DNA of 64,000 bases from contig JAGAVJ010000003.1 in NCBI GenBank assembly GCA_017942005.1, positions 101,700 through 165,699 of the forward strand, in the 5' to 3' direction. Both the position numbers and the translations under genes were made by a program. Within the stretch, counting starts at the first letter, position 1; every line of letters begins with the position of its first letter. The notes beneath the pieces are model-generated. The model made no database searches. It was not told the origin of the DNA and saw only the letters and a list, made by a program, of their open reading frames with translations. The DNA comes from Clostridia bacterium (GTDB lineage: Bacteria > Bacillota > Clostridia > Oscillospirales > CAG-272). Of this stretch, positions 36,832 to 45,265 are shown in pieces.

Positions 36832-38121
36832 ATGATTGACATTCGATTTTTAAGAGAAAACCCTGAAATTGTAAAGCAGAACATCCGCAACAAGTTCCAG
36901 GAGCAGAAGCTGCCGCTGGTAGACGAGGTCATTGCACTGGACGAGGAATACAGAGCTGCGATCAAAGCGGCAAACGATCTGCGTGCCGACAGAAACCGCT
37001 ATTCCAAGGAAATCGGCAATCTGATGCGGCAGGGCAAAAAGGACGAAGCCGAAGAAATGAAGAAAAAAGTCACCGATGCAGATGCACAGCGTGAAGCACT
37101 GGAAAAGAAGGAAACGGAGCTTTCCGAGAAAATTCACAGTATCATGATGGTCATTCCGAACATCATCGATAAAAGCGTACCGATTGGTCCCGACGACAGC
37201 GCAAATGTAGAGGTGGAACGGTTCGGCGAACCCCGCACACCGGACTTTGATATCCCCTATCACACCGAAATCATGGAAAAGCTGAACGGCATTGATATGG
37301 ACGCCGCAGGACGTGTTTCCGGCAACGGCTTCTATTACCTGATGGGCGACGTTGCGCGCCTGCACGAGGCAGTGCTTGCCTATGCGCGCGACTTTATGAT
37401 CGACCGCGGCTTTACCTTCTGCATTCCGCCGTTTATGATTCACGGCAACGTTGTAGAAGGGGTCATGAGCCAGACCGATATGGATGCGATGATGTACAAA
37501 ATCGAAGGTGAAGACCTCTATTTGATCGGTACCTCCGAGCACTCCATGATCGGAAAATACATTGATCAGATCATTCCGGAAGAAAGCCTTCCCCACACAT
37601 TGACCTCCTACTCCCCCTGCTTCCGCAAGGAAAAAGGTGCGCACGGCATTGAGGAACGCGGTGTTTACCGCATTCATCAGTTTGAAAAGCAGGAAATGAT
37701 TGTCATCTGCAAGCCCGAGGATTCCATGGCATGGTATGAAAAAATGTGGAAGTATTCCGTAGAGCTGTTCCGTTCGCTCGATATTCCGGTCAGACAGCTG
37801 GAATGCTGTTCCGGAGACTTAGCTGACCTGAAGGTCAAGTCCTGCGACATTGAGGCATGGAGCCCCAGACAGCAGAAGTATTTTGAGGTTTGCAGCTGCT
37901 CCAATATGGGAGACGCACAGGCAAGAAGACTGAAAATGCGCGTCAAGGGAGCAGACGGCAAAATGTATCTTCCGCACACCCTCAACAATACCGTCGTTGC
38001 GCCGCCAAGAATGCTCATCGCGTTCCTTGAAAACAATCTCCATGCAGACGGCAGCGTAGATATTCCCGAGGTACTGCGTCCCTATATGGGCGGCAAGACG
38101 GTCATCACGCCGGCAAAGTAA
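36832..38121 (+). CDS. serS: seryl-tRNA synthetase
   Basis: MIDIRFLRENPE N-terminal coiled-coil arm. Class II motifs YLIGTSEH and CFRKEKG. ...HTLNNT...IAFLEN C-terminus. Confidence 0.9.
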   Translation: MIDIRFLRENPEIVKQNIRNKFQEQKLPLVDEVIALDEEYRAAIKAANDLRADRNRYSKEIGNLMRQGKKDEAEEMKKKVTDADAQREALEKKETELSEKIHSIMMVIPNIIDKSVPIGPDDSANVEVERFGEPRTPDFDIPYHTEIMEKLNGIDMDAAGRVSGNGFYYLMGDVARLHEAVLAYARDFMIDRGFTFCIPPFMIHGNVVEGVMSQTDMDAMMYKIEGEDLYLIGTSEHSMIGKYIDQIIPEESLPHTLTSYSPCFRKEKGAHGIEERGVYRIHQFEKQEMIVICKPEDSMAWYEKMWKYSVELFRSLDIPVRQLECCSGDLADLKVKSCDIEAWSPRQQKYFEVCSCSNMGDAQARRLKMRVKGADGKMYLPHTLNNTVVAPPRMLIAFLENNLHADGSVDIPEVLRPYMGGKTVITPAK

Positions 38122-38184
38122 TTTTTTTGAGAACCAATCGGTGTTTTCTCTTTTGCAAAACGGCGATAGAAAGGATGGCATATC

Positions 38185-38724
38185 ATGGATGGAATCATTG
38201 CACTGTTTCAAAGCTCGGAGCTGCTGCCATTGAATTTGATGATTTTTGCGTTTTTTATCGGCGCGTGTCTTGCCGGCTTTGCGACCGTCTATAACCGCCG
38301 CACGGTCGGGGGACTGATCCGGTATCTGCTGGCGGAAGGGGCATTTTCCCCGGAAACAGCAAAGACCCTGCGTGATGCGGAACAGGATCTCAATCTGTTT
38401 CTGCGCCTGACCCTCAAACACAACGCTGCCTTTCAGCGCATTGTATGCATGGCATACATGCCGGCAGACAGACCTGCGGACACGCCGGAAGCTGACGCAA
38501 AAAGCGTATCCGACCGCAAAAAGAAGGTCGGTCTTTCAGACATCCCGCTTTACATCAATCCCGCGGAACGCAAACGCGCGGAGGAGATGTATTCCGAGAA
38601 AGCCTCGGAAGGCGCCAATATGTGGATGGTGCTGCTCAGCATTGCCGTTTTCGCGGTGGTTGCATATCTCTCCACCTTCATTGTACCGAAGCTGATTGAC
38701 ATGTTCAGCCAGGTTTTCTCGTAA
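38185..38724 (+). CDS. hypothetical membrane protein
   Basis: 179 aa with N- and C-terminal TM helices. RBS AAAGGA. No family recognised. Confidence 0.55.
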   Translation: MDGIIALFQSSELLPLNLMIFAFFIGACLAGFATVYNRRTVGGLIRYLLAEGAFSPETAKTLRDAEQDLNLFLRLTLKHNAAFQRIVCMAYMPADRPADTPEADAKSVSDRKKKVGLSDIPLYINPAERKRAEEMYSEKASEGANMWMVLLSIAVFAVVAYLSTFIVPKLIDMFSQVFS

Positions 38725-38763
38725 AACACTGCATATACATAACAGAAAGGACGGTATAGTCTT

Positions 38764-39690
38764 ATGGGCGCATATGAAGTCGATATTCAGGAAGACGGTG
38801 TCCCCACCCCGCCCAGGCGCACACGGCGCCCCAAAAAGCACCTGAGTACCGCACAGATTCTCCTCTACACCTTGATTGCGGCATTGGTCTGTGTCATACT
38901 GGTCTTTGCTGCCATTTATGCATCCGGCTTGCGTTATATCAAGCTGAACACGGAAATCGGCGGCTATGTCAAGTTCTTCGGCACGGTAGACAGTACAGGC
39001 AATCCGTTCAAAGGAGATTTGTACTACTCTGACGGCACTACCGCAAAGGTGGACATGCTCAACCACAAGGTCACGTTTTCAAACGGTGATACCTATACAG
39101 GCACCCTGAATGCGTCGCTGCGTATGGAGGGCACCGGAAAACTGGAATACAGCACTGGAGACGTCTATGAAGGCGCATTTGAAAACGGCGTTATCTCGGG
39201 CAATGGCGTGTTCCGCTATGCAAACGGAGACGTCTATGAAGGCGGATTTTTAAATGGCGGCAAGAACGGTCAGGGCGTATACAAATGGTTTGACGGAAGC
39301 ACCTACACAGGAGAATTCTCCGACGACAAAAAGAATGGTAACGGCGTATACATCTGGAGTGATGGCAGCTCCTATACAGGAGAATATGTCAACGAGCTGA
39401 AAGAGGGCACCGGAACCTATCGCTTTGCCAACGGCGACGTCTATTCCGGCGAGTTCAAAGCAGATGCGCGTACCGGACAGGGAACTTATACCTGGGCCAA
39501 CGGAGACGAGTACATCGGCACGTTTGAAGACAACGAAATGAACGGGACAGGCACCTATCGCTTTGCTTCCGGAAGAACCTTTGAAGGCAGATTTGAAAAC
39601 GGTGTTTTGGTCCGCGACCTTGGAAACAACACAGATGATAATACCGCTCCGGACAGTTTCGGTGACGCCAATGCCGCTGCAAACGGGTAA
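38764..39690 (+). CDS. membrane-anchored MORN-repeat protein
   Basis: One TM helix, then about 9 tandem YxGxxxxGxxxGxG repeats (GDVYEGAFENGVISGNGVFRY, GSTYTGEFSDDKKNGNGVYIW and others). Confidence 0.8.
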   Translation: MGAYEVDIQEDGVPTPPRRTRRPKKHLSTAQILLYTLIAALVCVILVFAAIYASGLRYIKLNTEIGGYVKFFGTVDSTGNPFKGDLYYSDGTTAKVDMLNHKVTFSNGDTYTGTLNASLRMEGTGKLEYSTGDVYEGAFENGVISGNGVFRYANGDVYEGGFLNGGKNGQGVYKWFDGSTYTGEFSDDKKNGNGVYIWSDGSSYTGEYVNELKEGTGTYRFANGDVYSGEFKADARTGQGTYTWANGDEYIGTFEDNEMNGTGTYRFASGRTFEGRFENGVLVRDLGNNTDDNTAPDSFGDANAAANG

Positions 39691-39810
39691 AACGAGTAAA
39701 ACGGGAGAAACGCACGGAACGCTGTCTCAAACCTAAGAAACAGATATCTTTTAACACGTTTAACGGAAATCTTTTTGAAGAACTGCGGTGTAAACCGCAA
39801 TATCATGCAG

Positions 39811-39845
39811 GGGGCTGTTGCAAATTTTTAATTTGCAACAGCCCC
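39811..39845. repeat. GGGGCTGTTGCAAAT...ATTTGCAACAGCCCC hairpin module
   Basis: Near-perfect palindrome of the same family as 4949, 11455 and 18403. About 120 nt after the MORN gene stop. Confidence 0.6.
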
Positions 39846-39969
39846 TCTCTATATCACGAGAAAAATATTCCACAGGCTGTTGATTTTTCTTCGTCCCGGT
39901 TTCCTATGACAATTCAAATTTTATTTTTAATAAATTTACATTTTGATCACAATGTTTAAAAACAATTGT

Positions 39970-40022
39970 TTGCAATTTTTTGAAATCTATGGTATAATTA
40001 TTACAGGCAGAAAAATTGTTCG
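39970..40022 (+). promoter_or_regulatory. lexA promoter with overlapping SOS-box candidate
   Basis: TTGCAA (39970-39975), 17 nt spacer, TGgTATAAT (-10 at 39993-39998). AGAAAAATTGTTCG (40009-40022) differs at 2 positions from CGAACNNNNGTTCG. Confidence 0.55.
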
Positions 40023-40310
40023 ATTTTCTTCGTGAGAAGACGGACGATATTCCGAACAAAAATACCGAAGGCAATTGTAAAAACCAAAGACAATTGTAAA
40101 AATAAAAACTGCACTACCAAAAAAAGAGACTGTACCGCTGTTTATGAGAAAGAAAGTTCAGCTCATAAGTTCCGCGTTCCCAAAGTCCCAAGGACAACAA
40201 GCGCTGTATATGGAACTGCGTCAGCCAAACAATTCTCAGCCCCGGGCAGCATCAACGTTTAAACACCATTTTGCATATTGAAACCAAAAAACCACAAAAG
40301 GAGTCATCTT

Positions 40311-40916
40311 ATGGAAAAGCTCACACCAAAAGAACAACTCGTCTACGACTTTATTGTGGACACCATCCGCCGTGAAGGCTATTCTCCATCCGTGCGCGAC
40401 ATCACACAGGCCGTCAGCATGAAGAGTACCTCCACAGTACATCATTATATCAACAGACTGGAAGCAAAGGGATACATCCAGAAGGAATCCGGAAAAAGCC
40501 GTACGCTGCGCGTCGAAAACAAAGAGCAGGAAACCAGCGATAAAATTCCAGTCCTCGGCCGTGTTGCTGCCGGTCAGCCGATTCTTGCTACAGAAAATTT
40601 TGAAGGCTATGTCGACTACCATGTCAACAAGCGCCGCTATAACATCGACAATCTGTTCGCACTCATCATCAAGGGAGAAAGTATGATTGAAGCCGGAATT
40701 ATGAACGGCGACACTGTCATCGTAGAACGCACCTCCTATGCGCGAAACGGCGATATTGTCATCGCACTGGTCGGAGATGAGGCAACCTGCAAGGAGTTCT
40801 ACAGAGAAGACGGTCACTACCGCCTTCAGCCCAGAAACAGCACGATGGATCCCATCATCGTAAAGGACGTCGTGCTTCTGGGAAAGGTCATTGCAAGCTA
40901 TCGCAACTATAACTAA
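40311..40916 (+). CDS. lexA: SOS repressor LexA
   Basis: ATG 40311 after AAAGGAG. LTPKEQLVYDFI...GYSPSVRDI wHTH, cleavage site VAAGQP, catalytic GESM and K in ATCKEF. Confidence 0.95.
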   Translation: MEKLTPKEQLVYDFIVDTIRREGYSPSVRDITQAVSMKSTSTVHHYINRLEAKGYIQKESGKSRTLRVENKEQETSDKIPVLGRVAAGQPILATENFEGYVDYHVNKRRYNIDNLFALIIKGESMIEAGIMNGDTVIVERTSYARNGDIVIALVGDEATCKEFYREDGHYRLQPRNSTMDPIIVKDVVLLGKVIASYRNYN

Positions 40917-41164
40917 AAGCAAACCGTCAGAGATGGAGCGGTTCCTTTGTCCTCTCATGATACCTTTCCGCAATTGCGCAAGTACCGCACAGGCATAAAA
41001 CACTGTGCAGCGTACCGGCGCAATTGCCGTTTTATTTTTTCAAAAAAACATCCGGTGTGCGCCTTTGTTCATGAGAAAAAAACGGTTTGTGAGAGAAGGC
41101 AATTCTTTTTTTCGTTTCATCATCTTTTTTGTCCTTCTTTTGCATAAATTTTTCTCTTTTTTCC

Positions 41165-41193
41165 TTGAAAAAAAGCACGCTTTGTGGTATAAT
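41165..41193 (+). promoter_or_regulatory. dnaA promoter
   Basis: TTGAAA (41165-41170), 17 nt spacer, TATAAT (41188-41193), followed by a very AT-rich stretch. Confidence 0.6.
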
Positions 41194-41242
41194 ATATAAT
41201 ATAGGTATATATATAATTAAGAAACAAACAAGGAGACACCGC

Positions 41243-42955
41243 ATGCAATCGTTTCACGACATTTGGGAGCCTGTGAGAAAGGCTTTAGCGGAAAAATTTA
41301 CAGAAACCATCATGGAGCTGTGGTTCAATCATCTGGAATTGGCCGCGCTCAGTGATACCATGGTCGTGCTGATTTCAGACAGCGATATGAAGGCTGAAAT
41401 CATCGGCAAACGGTATCGGGATGCACTCGCCGCAACCTTTGAAGACATCCTCGGATTTCCGGTAGAGGTGGCAATTGTGTCGGAAGAAAACCGCACAGCT
41501 CCCATCGACCGCGAACAGCTGCAGCACGATCTTCTCATGGGACTGCCGCTTGACGCCATTTTGGGTCGGTATCCGGTTTCTGCTGAGCCAAACGGCAGCA
41601 TGCCTGGCAACATGCCAGGGATTATGCCGGGGAATTTACCTGACAGTATGCCCTTTGGGTCTGCTCCGGGCGGAACCGCGCCTAAAGGAACAGGGAAATC
41701 GGATGCAGCACAGGCAGCAGATATCAAAAACGCATTCGGTACGGAACGCAGTATAACGGAAACTGACAGTACGCCAACAGTTAGCAGCACGCCAAACGTT
41801 GGCACGCCAGCGCCTGGCAGTACGTCAACCATTGGCGACACACCAGCCATTCCCAATACGGCAGGTACAGTTCATACGGAACCACCGCAGCAAAATGCGT
41901 CTTCCCCCTTACCTCAAGTGCAGAAGCAGCAGCTCTTTGTCAACAGCGAATACACCTTTGACAACTTCATTGTCGGAAGCTCCAACAAATTCGCCCATGC
42001 CGCATGCGTCGCCGTCGCAAACAATCCCGCATCCGCATACAATCCCCTGTTTATCTACGGTCCGTCGGGACTTGGCAAAACGCATCTTCTGTACGCGATC
42101 ATCAACCGCATTCTCGAAAAAACGCCGAATGCAAACATCGTGTATGTCAAGGGTGACAGCTTTACAAACAACTTAATTGAATCGCTGCAAAACAAGTCCA
42201 TGCCCGCCTTCCGCGAAAAATACCGTACTGCGGACATTCTGCTCATCGACGACGTTCATTTCATCGCCGGCAAGGAATCCACCCAGGAGGAATTCTTCAA
42301 TACCTTCAACGAGCTGTATGACGCAAAGAAGCAGATCATCTTGACCTCTGACCGGCCGCCAAAGGAAATCAACACACTGGAGGATCGTTTGAAAACGCGG
42401 TTTGAATGGGGACTGATTGCAGACATTCAGCCGCCGGATATGGAGCTGCGCATTGCAATTCTGCGGAAAAAGGCGCAGTATATGGACGTTGAAATTTCCA
42501 ATGAGGTTCTCAACTTCTTAGCGGAAAAGCTTAAGAGCAACATCCGGCAGATTGAGGGCGTCATCAAGCGGCTTGGCGCCTACTCCAATTTAACCAAGCA
42601 GCCGATTACCATTGACATGGCGCGGGACAACATTGCGGACGTCGTGACGGGAGCAGAGCCGGTTAAAGTCACACAGGATAAAATCTTCAACGCAGTCGCA
42701 AACAAGTACGGGGTCACCGTGGAGCAGATCAAGGGAACAAGAAAGTCCAAAGAAATCGCGCAGGCGCGGCACATCTGCGTTTACATCATGCGGAAAATCA
42801 CAGACATGTCCCTGCCCGCCATCGGAAAGGTGATGGGAGGTAAAGATCACACGACAATATTGTACTCCGTCAACTTAATTCAAAAGCGGGTGCGTGAAGA
42901 TGCACTTCTCGAAAACGACATCGATGCGCTGATCAAAGAAATTACCAATCAATAA
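41243..42955 (+). CDS. dnaA: chromosomal replication initiator DnaA with an unusually long domain II linker
   Basis: ATG 41243 after AAGGAGA. Domain I is WEPVRKALAEKF.... AAA+ motifs are GPSGLGKTHLL and LLIDDVHF. Domain IV is ARHICVYIMRKITDMSLPAIGKVMGGKDHTTILYS. The linker of about 140 aa is rich in P/G/T/S/M. Confidence 0.97.
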   Translation: MQSFHDIWEPVRKALAEKFTETIMELWFNHLELAALSDTMVVLISDSDMKAEIIGKRYRDALAATFEDILGFPVEVAIVSEENRTAPIDREQLQHDLLMGLPLDAILGRYPVSAEPNGSMPGNMPGIMPGNLPDSMPFGSAPGGTAPKGTGKSDAAQAADIKNAFGTERSITETDSTPTVSSTPNVGTPAPGSTSTIGDTPAIPNTAGTVHTEPPQQNASSPLPQVQKQQLFVNSEYTFDNFIVGSSNKFAHAACVAVANNPASAYNPLFIYGPSGLGKTHLLYAIINRILEKTPNANIVYVKGDSFTNNLIESLQNKSMPAFREKYRTADILLIDDVHFIAGKESTQEEFFNTFNELYDAKKQIILTSDRPPKEINTLEDRLKTRFEWGLIADIQPPDMELRIAILRKKAQYMDVEISNEVLNFLAEKLKSNIRQIEGVIKRLGAYSNLTKQPITIDMARDNIADVVTGAEPVKVTQDKIFNAVANKYGVTVEQIKGTRKSKEIAQARHICVYIMRKITDMSLPAIGKVMGGKDHTTILYSVNLIQKRVREDALLENDIDALIKEITNQ

Positions 42956-42972
42956 ACCGCTTTGACGGAAGT

Positions 42973-43051
42973 GGGGCGCTGCCCCAAGCCCCGTTTAGGA
43001 GGCTTTTTGAAAAAAGCCCCCTAAAAACTCCCAAAAACTTTGTTTTGGGGG
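42973..43051. repeat. palindromic unit (GGGGCGCTGCCCC subfamily) 18 nt after the dnaA stop
   Basis: GGGGCGCTGCCCC + AAGCCCCGT + TTAGGAGGCTTTTTGAAAAAAGCCCCCTAA + AAACTCCCAAAAACTTTGTTTTGGGGG. Confidence 0.7.
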
Positions 43052-43177
43052 TGGGATTTTTAAATGGCTTTCTTTGGGTTAGATTGCATACAGCCAAAGG
43101 TGCAACGTATCGGCTGCGCGTAGTTTCCTCAGATTTTTCACAGCGTATATGGGAATACCGGTTCGCAGAATCTCTGC

Positions 43178-43571
43178 ATTTCCACACAATCCACAGTTTA
43201 TACACAGGCAAAAAGCCGCTGCACCGCAAGAATCACGGAATTTATGCGTCATTTGGCGTCCGATTTATCCACAGCGTTGTCAACATCCTGTGGATAACAT
43301 TCATCCACACCTTTCACAGATCAAAAGGATACGAAAAAAGTACGCGTTCCGTTTTTTCACATCCGGTTTTGGATATCCACAGAAAAAACAGGTGCATTTT
43401 CCCCAATTCATCCACACCCCAAAAGTGTGAAGCTCTGAAAAGTTTCGCTGTGAGAGGGGGATGTGAAAAGAGACGGTTTTCTGCACAGGTTCTTCTTTTG
43501 CCGCTCCACAGAAAATTTCGGCAGAATAAGTAAAAAATGCCCATATTGCAAGTAAAAACAGCTTTTCCACA
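43178..43571. other. candidate oriC: DnaA-box cluster in the dnaA-dnaN spacer
   Basis: Perfect boxes TTATCCACA (43265-43273) and TGTGGATAA (43289-43297). One-mismatch boxes at 43198-43206 (TTATACACA), 43301-43309 and 43408-43416 (TCATCCACA), 43373-43381 (ATATCCACA) and 43563-43571 (TTTTCCACA). Two-mismatch boxes at 43178 and 43187. Confidence 0.8.
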
Positions 43572-43867
43572 TTCTGCACATGCTCTACGGCGGCGACTTC
43601 TGCTATTTCCTTTATTCTTTTCCTATTCTTTCTTCCGACTTCCACTGCATGCGTCCCAGCGCGCATACAGTTTCCGTCGGAAAACTCCCCAAACAGAGTA
43701 GCCGCTGTCAAAACCTTTGCCGTCCCAAAAACACTCGTTATGCTTTCACCTCACCTCAAAAAAGCTTTTGCAGGATTTCCTGCAAAAGCTTCAATAAAGC
43801 AAAAGCAATTCCCGCACGCAAAAATCTTCAGATTGTACAATCCAAACCTTCATATATCCGTATCCCC

Positions 43868-43926
43868 CATAAAAAAGTTTTTGCGGAGGGGTCCGGGGAG
43901 GCGCTTTTTTCAAAAAGCGCTGCCCC
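43868..43926. repeat. palindromic unit directly upstream of dnaN
   Basis: AAAAAAGTTTTTGCGGAGGGGTCC + GGGGAGGCGCTTTTTTCAAAAAGCGCTGCCCC. Confidence 0.7.
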
Positions 43927-43978
43927 GTTCGTTCCCTCAGCAAAATTCTATATCACAAAAAAGGAGTCGATAATTCCT

Positions 43979-45175
43979 ATGATCGTAACGTTTGATAAGG
44001 ATATCCTGATGGCAGCAGTGGCACCGGCTATGGCTGCTGTCTCAAACAAAAATACCATTGCTGCCATTGAAGGCATCTGTATCACTGCAAATGCGGACGG
44101 TACCTGCGTTTTGAATGCATTTGACTTAGAAAAAGGAATTCGCTGTATCATACACGGCGAGGTTGAAGAGGTGGGATCGTCGATTATCGCAGGACAAAAG
44201 CTGAACCAGATTATCCGCTCTATGCCGGAGGATATCCGCATTGAAGTCAGCGACCGGATGCGCGCACGCATTATCAGCGGAAAGAGTGAGTTCACCATCA
44301 ATGCCATGCCCGGCGAGGAATTCCCCAATATGCCGGTGCTGGAAGGAGACTTTGCGTTTGAAATGCCGCAGAGTGAGCTGCGTGATGCCATTGTCAAAAC
44401 GCTGTATGCGGTTGCACAAAATGAACCGCGCCCGGCACTCAACGGAATTCTGTTCAAGCTGCATGACAATACGCTGACCCTGGTGTCCTCCGATTCCTTC
44501 CGTCTTGCGCTCTGCGAAAAGGAAATGCGTTTTGAAAACAGCAAGCAGACCGGTGCCCTCGACTTTGCGTTGATCGTACCGGGAAAAACCGTTGCAGAGC
44601 TTTTGAAAATGCTGCATGACGACGATACTCCCGTCCGCATCCAGGCAACAAACAAGCATATCATTTTTGAGATGGACAACCTGTGCTTCTTCTCCCGCCT
44701 GATTGACGCGGAGTATGTGAACTATGAAAAATTCATACCGAAAAATCCAGTCACCTATGTTTCCGTCAGCTGTGAAGCACTGCGCGGTTCGCTGGAACGT
44801 GCTTCTCTTGTGACGGAGGACCGTGCGCTTGGCCAGGCAAAATCGTCTGTCAAGTTCACATTGGAGGACAATCTTTTGCAGGTGTCAGCCATTTCGGTCA
44901 ACGGTACCGTCAATGATCAGATTCCTGTCGAAAAAACCGGACCGGATATGAAAATCGGCTTCAACTGCCGGTACCTGCTTGACGCCCTGCGTGCCTGTGA
45001 TACGGAAAATCTGCGCTTAGCGCTGGTCAGCCCGCTGGTTTCCATGGTCATCACGGAAGACCCCGACCGTATGACCGATGAGGAACGCAAAGCAAAGGAG
45101 GAGAAGATGGAGCAAAGAGGCATTTTGTCCGAATCTTATACGCATCTTGCCGTGCCATGCCATCTGCGTGAGTGA
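43979..45175 (+). CDS. dnaN: DNA polymerase III beta sliding clamp
   Basis: ATG 43979 after AAGGAG. MIVTFDKDILMAAVAPAMAAVSNKNTI.... Three-domain length plus a ~35 aa charged C-terminal tail. The listed ORF start at 43580 lies in the oriC spacer. Confidence 0.93.
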   Translation: MIVTFDKDILMAAVAPAMAAVSNKNTIAAIEGICITANADGTCVLNAFDLEKGIRCIIHGEVEEVGSSIIAGQKLNQIIRSMPEDIRIEVSDRMRARIISGKSEFTINAMPGEEFPNMPVLEGDFAFEMPQSELRDAIVKTLYAVAQNEPRPALNGILFKLHDNTLTLVSSDSFRLALCEKEMRFENSKQTGALDFALIVPGKTVAELLKMLHDDDTPVRIQATNKHIIFEMDNLCFFSRLIDAEYVNYEKFIPKNPVTYVSVSCEALRGSLERASLVTEDRALGQAKSSVKFTLEDNLLQVSAISVNGTVNDQIPVEKTGPDMKIGFNCRYLLDALRACDTENLRLALVSPLVSMVITEDPDRMTDEERKAKEEKMEQRGILSESYTHLAVPCHLRE

Positions 45176-45265
45176 TAACGCTTCCCTTGTGCCGCTTTCC
45201 CAATCATTTCAAAGTAGAGTAGAAAAGAAATCACGTTTCCATGTCGGAATGTGATCGTGAGAAAC

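Noticed and set aside
40032-40262. 76-aa ORF in the lexA leader
   Set aside because: It has a non-ATG start without an RBS and a highly basic low-complexity translation. It is more likely untranslated leader.
40917-41242. DnaA boxes or a second oriC half upstream of dnaA
   Set aside because: No 9-mer within one mismatch of TTATCCACA was found on either strand. Only a promoter and an AT-rich tract are present.
43045-43978. ORFs in the dnaA-dnaN spacer (162 aa, 93 aa, 136 aa, and the 133-codon 5' extension of the listed dnaN ORF)
   Set aside because: They overlap the DnaA-box cluster and repeat units. They lack an RBS and have an odd basic composition. dnaN has a proper RBS and a canonical N-terminus at 43979.
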